In this document: one piece after another, positions 58,084 through 64,000 of the stretch | How positions within the stretch are numbered: position 1 is the first letter of the stretch | Layout of the letters: each line of letters opens with the position of its first letter | Assembly: GCA_030680695.1 (NCBI GenBank) | Contig: JAUXUT010000149.1 | Location: 167,801 to 231,800 of the forward strand | Origin: a bacterium | Lineage (GTDB): Bacteria > Patescibacteriota > Minisyncoccia > Phycocordibacterales > UBA6065 | DNA length: 64,000 nt | Reading direction: 5' to 3' | Notes under the pieces: model-generated | The model's database searches: none | Told to the model about the DNA's origin: nothing | Seen by the model: only the letters and a program-made list of their open reading frames with translations | Program-made: the position numbers and the translations under genes

Positions 58084-59505
58084 ATGCCAAAGCGACCAAT
58101 CCAAGATATCGTTCCCGGCAACTCCCGATCAATTCGCAACATTCCTTTGCCAAGCCATCGTACGCCGGCCAAACCAATCCGCCCTATGGCGGCGAAACCA
58201 GTTGCTCCAAAGGCGACCGTGGCACCTTCTTCTGTGACGATGGCTGATATCGCCGCAATTGATCGTGAATCAGTTGATGAATCTCGCGACATGTCGTCTT
58301 ATGGCACTTCACCTGACCGTGAGACACTGCAAAGTGTACGCCGTGAGTTCGAGGCGCGCGGGGAAGAACGTATCATCAAAAATAAACGTGGCAAAGGTTT
58401 TTTGCTCTTTCTCCTTGCTCTCATAGCTGTCATCGCGCTTGCGCTTGTCCTTTCCAGTGTCTTCCATTCTGTTACTGTGACATTAACTCCAAGGACTGCT
58501 TCGGCCGCGCTTAACGAGGCGGTCACAACGACCAATGCCCAAACTGCAAATTCGATACTCCCGTATCAGGTTGTCACGGTTAAAACAGTGGGAACCCAGA
58601 AAGTCGCAGCCACCGGTGAGGAAAAAGTAGACAAGGCCGCCACAGGAACCATCATCATCTATAACAACTACAACGCGAATTCTCAGAGGCTCGTAAAAAA
58701 CACTCGTTTCGAAACGCCAGAAGGTCTCATATATCGCATCACGGACTCAGTTACTGTTCCAGGCAAAGTTGGCGGCACACCAGGATCAGTAGAAGCTACA
58801 GTTGTCGCTGATGCTACTGGCGACAAATACAACGCTGGACTCAAGGACTTCACCATACCTGGCTTCAAAAACGACCCTCGATACACAACATTCTATGCGC
58901 GCTCAAAAACTCCTCTTGCGGGCGGATTCACAGGTACAGTTAAAGTCGTCGCTGACGCGGATCGCATCAAAGCCCAGAATGATATAACAGCAAGAGCTAC
59001 AGCCGAACTTCTCAAGAAAGTCGGGGTAGAAAAATCTGCTGATTCTGTATTCTTCTCCAACGCCTACTCTGTATCATGTACACCTCTCCAACAAGAAACA
59101 CTCTCGGATAAAGAAGCTCTTATTAAAATGGATTGCTCGCTTTCTGCCGTCATGTTCGATATGCAGGTCCTTGCAAGCTTCCTCGCCAAGAAACATGTGA
59201 ACGGATACACGAATGATGCCGTCAAGGTAGATAATATCTCCGACCTTGTATTCACCCCAAAGGCGGGTTTTGCCCCAGCGACATCCGAAACAATATCATT
59301 CACCATAACGGGAAATGCAGCCATAGAATGGGTCTATGACGGAGAGGCCCTTAAATCAGCCCTCACCGGCAAACGCCGAACAGAAGTTCCTTCCATCCTC
59401 CAGGCTTATCCTATGATTGAAAGAGCAGATATTTCCGTCCGTCCGGCGTGGAGAAGGTCTCTTCCAGTCGATCCAACCGACATACACTTGGTCAAGGCCC
59501 AATAA
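58084..59505 (+). CDS. Bitopic membrane protein: a Pro/Ala-rich cytoplasmic N-terminus, one TM helix, and a large extracytoplasmic domain.
   Basis: Single [23 protein letters not shown] at about residues 115-135. No known domain. Co-oriented with the actin-like ATPase and 18 nt downstream of it. Confidence 0.5.
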   Translation: MPKRPIQDIVPGNSRSIRNIPLPSHRTPAKPIRPMAAKPVAPKATVAPSSVTMADIAAIDRESVDESRDMSSYGTSPDRETLQSVRREFEARGEERIIKNKRGKGFLLFLLALIAVIALALVLSSVFHSVTVTLTPRTASAALNEAVTTTNAQTANSILPYQVVTVKTVGTQKVAATGEEKVDKAATGTIIIYNNYNANSQRLVKNTRFETPEGLIYRITDSVTVPGKVGGTPGSVEATVVADATGDKYNAGLKDFTIPGFKNDPRYTTFYARSKTPLAGGFTGTVKVVADADRIKAQNDITARATAELLKKVGVEKSADSVFFSNAYSVSCTPLQQETLSDKEALIKMDCSLSAVMFDMQVLASFLAKKHVNGYTNDAVKVDNISDLVFTPKAGFAPATSETISFTITGNAAIEWVYDGEALKSALTGKRRTEVPSILQAYPMIERADISVRPAWRRSLPVDPTDIHLVKAQ

Positions 59506-59522
59506 AGCCACTTGAAAGCCAT

Positions 59523-59551
59523 TTGACATTACGGCCCCTTTGGTTTAATCT
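59523..59551 (+). promoter_or_regulatory. Candidate promoter for the infA-rpmJ-rpsM... cluster (TTGACA-17-TAATCT).
   Basis: atTTGACAttacggcccctttggttTAATCT. Confidence 0.45.
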
Positions 59552-59564
59552 TATCGAACCTTTA

Positions 59565-59774
59565 ATGGATACCACCAAGCCAAGCGTAAACGGAGTCGTC
59601 ACTGAAGCATTGCCGAACACCTTCTTTCGAGTGAAGCTCGAAGACGGTACCGAGATATTGACCTATCTCGCCGGTAAGATGAGGATGAATCGAATTCGCG
59701 TCCTCATTGGGGACAAGGTGCGTGTGGAGCCAGAACCGTACGGCGGGAAAGGAAGGATAGTGCAGCGAATGTAA
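59565..59774 (+). CDS. infA: Translation initiation factor IF-1.
   Basis: S1-like [43 protein letters not shown]. The start is moved to MDTTKPS. Confidence 0.9.
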   Translation: MDTTKPSVNGVVTEALPNTFFRVKLEDGTEILTYLAGKMRMNRIRVLIGDKVRVEPEPYGGKGRIVQRM

Positions 59775-59784
59775 TAATCATCAT

Positions 59785-59901
59785 ATGCGAGTAAAATCAT
59801 CCGTAAAGAAAAAGTGCGCAAACTGCAAGGTCGTCCGTCGTAAGGGTGCGATTTTCGTTGTGTGCAAGTCCAACCCTCGCCATAAGCAGCGCCAGGGCTA
59901 A
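59785..59901 (+). CDS. rpmJ: 50S ribosomal protein L36 (38 aa, not in the ORF track).
   Basis: [38 protein letters not shown] carries the L36 C-x2-C...C...H zinc-ribbon signature. Confidence 0.9.
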   Translation: MRVKSSVKKKCANCKVVRRKGAIFVVCKSNPRHKQRQG

Positions 59902-59979
59902 ATAAGTCAAGAGTTTACAGGATTTTTATTCCGTGCTAGGATAAAAATCCGTTTTTATTAAATCCAATCAAGCCAATAT

Positions 59980-60357
59980 ATGCGAATCCTCGGCATACCT
60001 CTCCCAGACGAAAAGCGCATCGACATCGCGCTCACGACCCTTTATGGAGTCGGCCGCTCACGAGCGCTTGCGATAATGAAAGAGGCCAAGGTGGCACTCA
60101 AGAAAGCTAAGGAAGTCACTGCAGACGAAGAGAACGCAATCAAGAAGGCTATGGAGACCTTTAAGATCGAGGGAGACCTTAAACGTCAGGTCGCTGCAAA
60201 CATCAAACGCCTCAAGGACATCAAGGCATACCGCGGAACTCGTCACGCCAAGAATCTTCCTGTGAACGGACAGAGGACCAAGACCAATTCCCGAACTCGC
60301 CGTGGAAATGCCCGAAAGACCATGGGAACCGGTCGCAAGGTGGCTGACAAGAAGTAA
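59980..60357 (+). CDS. rpsM: 30S ribosomal protein S13.
   Basis: MRILGIPLP...ALTTLYGVGRSRA...KIEGDLKRQVAANIKRLKDIKAYRGTRH. Confidence 0.95.
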   Translation: MRILGIPLPDEKRIDIALTTLYGVGRSRALAIMKEAKVALKKAKEVTADEENAIKKAMETFKIEGDLKRQVAANIKRLKDIKAYRGTRHAKNLPVNGQRTKTNSRTRRGNARKTMGTGRKVADKK

Positions 60358-60383
60358 TTTTCCTTTAATAGAACAACATCATC

Positions 60384-60815
60384 ATGGCCAAGACCAAGAA
60401 TCCAGAAGATAAGAAGGCAGAAGCTCCAAAGGAGGTCGTGGCTCCTGCTGCGAAGCTTTCCAAGAAAAGGATTGATTCAGGAATTCTGTATGTACAGTCG
60501 ACCTACAACAACACTCTCTGTCTCGTCACCGATGTAAAAGGCAATGCGGTTGCCGCATCATCGGCTGGCGCTTTGGGATTCAGGGGCGCCAAGAAAGGCA
60601 CGCCGTTCGCAGCTGCTAAGGTTGGCGAAGTCCTCGCAGACAAGGTCAAGCTTATGGGTATGAAGGAAGTCGCCGTTATTATAAAGGGCGTCGGATCGGG
60701 ACGAGAGTCTGCTGTCCGCAGTTTTATAACCAAGGGAATCAATATCACGGGCCTCAAGGACGTGACGCCGGTCCCTCACAACGGCCCTAAGAAGCCTCGC
60801 CCTCGACACGTATAG
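60384..60815 (+). CDS. rpsK: 30S ribosomal protein S11.
   Basis: STYNNTLCLVTDVKGNAVAASSAG...KKGTPFAA...VTPVPHNGPKKPRPR. Confidence 0.95.
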   Translation: MAKTKNPEDKKAEAPKEVVAPAAKLSKKRIDSGILYVQSTYNNTLCLVTDVKGNAVAASSAGALGFRGAKKGTPFAAAKVGEVLADKVKLMGMKEVAVIIKGVGSGRESAVRSFITKGINITGLKDVTPVPHNGPKKPRPRHV

Positions 60816-60836
60816 CTTTATATTTTAATAGAGACC

Positions 60837-61439
60837 ATGAAAATCGGACCAAAATACAAGATAGCGCGCCGTCTCGGAGCAAACATTTTCGAGAAGACGC
60901 AGACCGCCAAGTACGCCCTCCGCGCCGACAGGAAGGTGGGCAAGAGGTCTATGCGACCAAAAGGACAGTTCGCAACTCAGATGCTCGAAAAACAGAAGGC
61001 ACGCCTCACATATTTCGTGAACGAACGACAGTTCAAGAAGTATGTCAAAGAATCTCTTGCTAAAAAGGGCAATACCACCCAGGCTCTCTTCGAGCGCCTC
61101 GAAAGGCGATTGGACAACGTGGTGTACCGCCTTGGCTGGGCTCCGACCCGCCAGGCTGCGCGCCAGATGGTAAATCACGGACACATCACCGTGAACGGCC
61201 GCAAGCTCGACATTCCTTCTTATGTCGTCGAGGCTGGTGACAAGATCACTCCTCGCGCTGGTTCTCTAAAGAAGCCGCTCTTCGCCGATTTCGACGAGAA
61301 AGCCAAGAAAGTCCAGGTGCCTTCATGGCTCTCGTTCGATGCGGACAAGAAGACTGCATCGGTCGACGGTTCGCCGAAGTATGCCCCGTCGGAGCATCTC
61401 TTCAACCTCGGACAGGTGATCGAGTTTTATAGCAGGTAG
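60837..61439 (+). CDS. rpsD: 30S ribosomal protein S4.
   Basis: LEKQKARLTY...RLDNVVYRLGWAPTRQAARQMVNHGHITVNG (S4 domain). Confidence 0.95.
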   Translation: MKIGPKYKIARRLGANIFEKTQTAKYALRADRKVGKRSMRPKGQFATQMLEKQKARLTYFVNERQFKKYVKESLAKKGNTTQALFERLERRLDNVVYRLGWAPTRQAARQMVNHGHITVNGRKLDIPSYVVEAGDKITPRAGSLKKPLFADFDEKAKKVQVPSWLSFDADKKTASVDGSPKYAPSEHLFNLGQVIEFYSR

Positions 61440-61467
61440 TAATTGATAATCGGGTAATAAAAATCAT

Positions 61468-62427
61468 ATGACCGATACCAACATTGTTCTTCCATCGAAG
61501 CCAAAGATAGTAGTCGAGAAAGGATTTCTCGGCAGCTATGAGATAGACGGCCTCTATCCAGGCTACGGCCACACCCTTGGAAACTCCTTGCGACGCATCA
61601 TTCTGTCGTCCCTTCCAGGCATCGCAGTAACTCACGTCAAAATCGAGGGTGTAGACCACGAGTTTTCAACCATTTCTGGCGTTAAAGAAGACGTCATCAC
61701 CATTCTTCTTAACCTCAAGAGGCTCCGCATCAAGATGACTTCTGACGAGCCACAGACCCTTTCTATCAAGGTAAAGGGTGTTAAAGATATCACTGCAGGC
61801 GACATCACTGTCCCTGGCCAGGTTGAAATCCTCAACCCAGAGCTCCACATCGCATCTGTCACCGACAAAGGCGCTGAATTCAACGCCGACATCACCATTT
61901 CTCGAGGTCTTGGATATGTATCAAAGGATGTTCACCAGAAGGAACGTGTGGACGTTGGCACCATCGCACTTGATGCAACTTTCACCCCTATCCGCCGCGT
62001 GAACTACGAAGTAGAAAACATGCGCGTTGGAGACCGAACAGATTTCAACCGCCTCAAGATCACTATCGAGACCGACGGAACCGTCACCCCACACGAAGCG
62101 CTCGAGCGATCGATTGCTATCATGATTAATCAGCTCAAGGCCATTGTCGGCTTCAAGGAAGAGGAAGTTGTCGCTCCAGCAGCCGCAGAAGAGGTATCTT
62201 CAGCAGCTCCAAAGAAAGAGCTCGACACCGAGTTCCTCAAAACTCGCATCGAAACTCTCGGTCTTTCACAGAGGACCTCAAACGCCCTTGAAGGAGCGAA
62301 CATTCGCACCGTAGGTGGTCTTGCTCGCAAGAAGGAATCCGATCTTGAAACTGTTGAAGGCCTAGGACCTAAGGGCATTCAGGAAATCAAGAAAGCCCTC
62401 TCGGAATTTGGCATTACGCTTAAATAA
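61468..62427 (+). CDS. rpoA: DNA-directed RNA polymerase subunit alpha.
   Basis: GYGHTLGNSLRRILLSSLPG, and a C-terminal domain with helix-hairpin-helix. Confidence 0.95.
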   Translation: MTDTNIVLPSKPKIVVEKGFLGSYEIDGLYPGYGHTLGNSLRRIILSSLPGIAVTHVKIEGVDHEFSTISGVKEDVITILLNLKRLRIKMTSDEPQTLSIKVKGVKDITAGDITVPGQVEILNPELHIASVTDKGAEFNADITISRGLGYVSKDVHQKERVDVGTIALDATFTPIRRVNYEVENMRVGDRTDFNRLKITIETDGTVTPHEALERSIAIMINQLKAIVGFKEEEVVAPAAAEEVSSAAPKKELDTEFLKTRIETLGLSQRTSNALEGANIRTVGGLARKKESDLETVEGLGPKGIQEIKKALSEFGITLK

Positions 62428-62456
62428 TGCTAAGGTAGCTATCCAACGAAACCATC

Positions 62457-62810
62457 ATGCGACATCACGATGCATATAAGAAACTTGGTAGGGAGAAAGG
62501 ACAGCGCGTAGCGTTGGTTCGCTCTCTTGTGCGTTCACTCGTGATTCATGAAGGCATCACGACCACTGAATCGAAGGCTAAGGAACTCAGGAAGTACGTT
62601 GAGCCTATGGTTACCCTCGCAAAGAAGGGGACCCTCGCCGCTCGCCGAACCCTCGTTTCGAGGACCGATGACGCAAAGGTAGCCAAGAAGCTCGTCGAAG
62701 TGCTTGCCCCACAGTACAAGGACCGAAAGGGAGGCTATACTCGTGTTATCAAGCTTCCTCTCAGGAAATCTGATGGCGCCAAGATGGCTCATATTCAGTT
62801 CGTAAAGTAA
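62457..62810 (+). CDS. rplQ: 50S ribosomal protein L17.
   Basis: GITTTESKAKELRKYVEPMVTLAK...GGYTRVIKL. Confidence 0.95.
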   Translation: MRHHDAYKKLGREKGQRVALVRSLVRSLVIHEGITTTESKAKELRKYVEPMVTLAKKGTLAARRTLVSRTDDAKVAKKLVEVLAPQYKDRKGGYTRVIKLPLRKSDGAKMAHIQFVK

Positions 62811-62820
62811 TACGACTATC

Positions 62821-63171
62821 ATGCGAACAACTCACACAATCAACGCAGAGAACAAGAAAATCGGACGCATCGCGAGCGAGGCGGCTAAGATTCTCATGGG
62901 CAAGAATTCTGTTACTTATCAGCCCAACGTCGTTGCAGACGTAGAGGTCCATATCACCAACGCCTCAAAGGCGGACATCACTTCAAAGAAGAAGGATGAG
63001 AAGGTATACACCCGATATTCTGGCTTCCCAGGTGGCCTTATCAGCCAGACCCTCGGTCATATGATTGAAAGGAAGGGTTACAGCGAGGCGTTCCGCGTTG
63101 CCGTCAAGGGAATGCTCCCGAAGAACAAGCTTCAGGACCGCATGCTGAAGAATCTCATTGTCACTGAATAA
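62821..63171 (+). CDS. rplM: 50S ribosomal protein L13.
   Basis: KKIGRIASEAAKILMGKN...VKGMLPKNKL. Confidence 0.95.
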   Translation: MRTTHTINAENKKIGRIASEAAKILMGKNSVTYQPNVVADVEVHITNASKADITSKKKDEKVYTRYSGFPGGLISQTLGHMIERKGYSEAFRVAVKGMLPKNKLQDRMLKNLIVTE

Positions 63172-63188
63172 TCAACTTTAATATTATT

Positions 63189-63590
63189 ATGAGCACCACC
63201 GAGAAATATTTTGAAGCGATTGGCCGACGCAAGGAGGCCCGCGCCCGCGCCCGCATCACTCCTGCGGCCAAAATGTCGTACGAGCTCAACGGTAAGTCGC
63301 TTGAGGTATATTTCCCAACGGAAGAACTCCAGCAGATCGCCCAGGCTCCATTCGTTGAGACAAAGCTAGCCCAGAAGTTCAAGGTTACCGGCCAGCTTTC
63401 TGGCGGTGGAATCCACGGCCAGGCCGAGTCTCTTCGACACGCAATCTCCCGTGCTCTTCTCGTTTACGATATCGAACTCCGAAAGAAGCTCAAGAAGCTC
63501 ACATTCCTCAAGCGAGACCCTCGCGCAAAGGAGCGCCGAAAGTTCGGCCTCAAGAAGGCGCGAAAGTCTCCTCAGTGGAGCAAGCGTTAG
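63189..63590 (+). CDS. rpsI: 30S ribosomal protein S9.
   Basis: FEAIGRRKEARARARI...GGGIHGQAESLRHAISRAL...KKARKSPQWSKR. Confidence 0.95.
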   Translation: MSTTEKYFEAIGRRKEARARARITPAAKMSYELNGKSLEVYFPTEELQQIAQAPFVETKLAQKFKVTGQLSGGGIHGQAESLRHAISRALLVYDIELRKKLKKLTFLKRDPRAKERRKFGLKKARKSPQWSKR

Positions 63591-63600
63591 TCATACGAGA

Positions 63601-63630
63601 AACAGCCGCCGCAAGGCGGTTTTCTCTTTA
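63601..63630 (+). terminator. Intrinsic terminator after rpsI.
   Basis: GCCGCC-GCAA-GGCGG followed by TTTTCTCTTT. Confidence 0.65.
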
Positions 63631-63634
63631 TGTG

Positions 63635-63668
63635 CAAAGAAAAGCCGCTCCGGTGAGGGAGCGGCTTG
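63635..63668 (-). terminator. Intrinsic terminator for the convergent minus-strand gene.
   Basis: Read on the minus strand, a stem AGCCGCTCC/GGAGCGGCT is followed by a T-tract (TTTTCTTT). Confidence 0.5.
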
Positions 63669-63685
63669 CAATTCAAATTGTTTAT

Positions 63686-64000
63686 TTAGGCTGCGTTGGC
63701 CTGCTCGATGGCTTGGGGAGGCATCTCGAGAAAAGCAGACAGCTCCTTGTAAATCTCCTTGCAGACCGGGGATTTTTTCTTTTGGAGGGCCTCGACCACC
63801 GGTCCGAAATTGATTCTGACGAGTGCCACCACCTTCTCGATGATGACTTCGTCGCTCACGCGGCTTTCGACAATATCCACAAAGCGTTCGGCCGCTTCGG
63901 TTTTGGTGCAAAGGTTTTTCAACAGTTCTACCGGCTCTGTGCCGGTGCGTTTGCACAGGGTCGGGAGCTTGGGGTCGCTCTCGGCCCTCGCAATAAAGTG
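63686..64000 (-). CDS. C-terminal fragment of an unidentified protein; the gene continues beyond the window.
   Basis: The minus-strand frame is open from 64000 down to the stop at 63686, and its own terminator follows. The Met in the ORF track is really a TTG. No domain recognised in the visible 104 aa. Confidence 0.45.
   Translation of the reverse strand, partial: HFIARAESDPKLPTLCKRTGTEPVELLKNLCTKTEAAERFVDIVESRVSDEVIIEKVVALVRINFGPVVEALQKKKSPVCKEIYKELSAFLEMPPQAIEQANAA

Overview
This 64-kb window is densely coded and reads like a reduced bacterial genome, probably a CPR/Patescibacteria-type organism. Several housekeeping proteins are unusually short (RpoB about 1070 aa, UvrC without its C-terminal HhH domain, AlaRS without the C-Ala domain) and intergenic spacers are small. 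GC content is moderate, roughly 50%.

Recognisable content, in order:
- the 3' end of an adenosylcobalamin-dependent ribonucleotide reductase, followed by a corrinoid adenosyltransferase (CobO/BtuR)
- central metabolism genes: 2-hydroxyacid dehydrogenase, GpmA, class II FBP aldolase, Zwf, a PfkB kinase and an FAD-linked oxidase
- tgt, dus, mnmA, leuS, alaS and ychF
- a full nucleotide-excision and base-repair complement: uvrB, uvrA, uvrC, alkA, ogt and a family-4 UDG
- the rpoB-rpoC-dnaG-rpoD block
- a ribosomal/RNAP cluster: infA-rpmJ-rpsM-rpsK-rpsD-rpoA-rplQ-rplM-rpsI
- two tRNA-Ala genes, anticodons TGC and GGC.

The most unusual region is the ~3.9-kb segment between the two tRNA-Ala genes (35153-39145). 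It encodes an approximately 1108-aa secreted multi-domain protein with these parts: a trypsin-like H/D/S domain, a cadherin-like domain, about seven PD40-type beta-propeller repeats, a poly-Gly linker and a C-terminal peptidoglycan-binding domain. A small secreted protein follows it.

Other notable items:
- an ATP-cone domain fused to an Mrr-type PD-(D/E)xK nuclease, sitting in an Ogt/UDG repair cluster
- a sigma-70 region 4 plus HARE-HTH (RNAP delta-like) fusion protein
- an actin-like ATPase with a partner membrane protein upstream of infA
- several near-consensus sigma-70 promoters, each followed within about 50 nt by an intrinsic-terminator hairpin; these could be small RNAs or attenuators
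- a compositionally atypical, Arg-rich orphan-gene island at 5.46-6.68 kb.

No CRISPR array, rRNA gene, transposase or integrase was seen.
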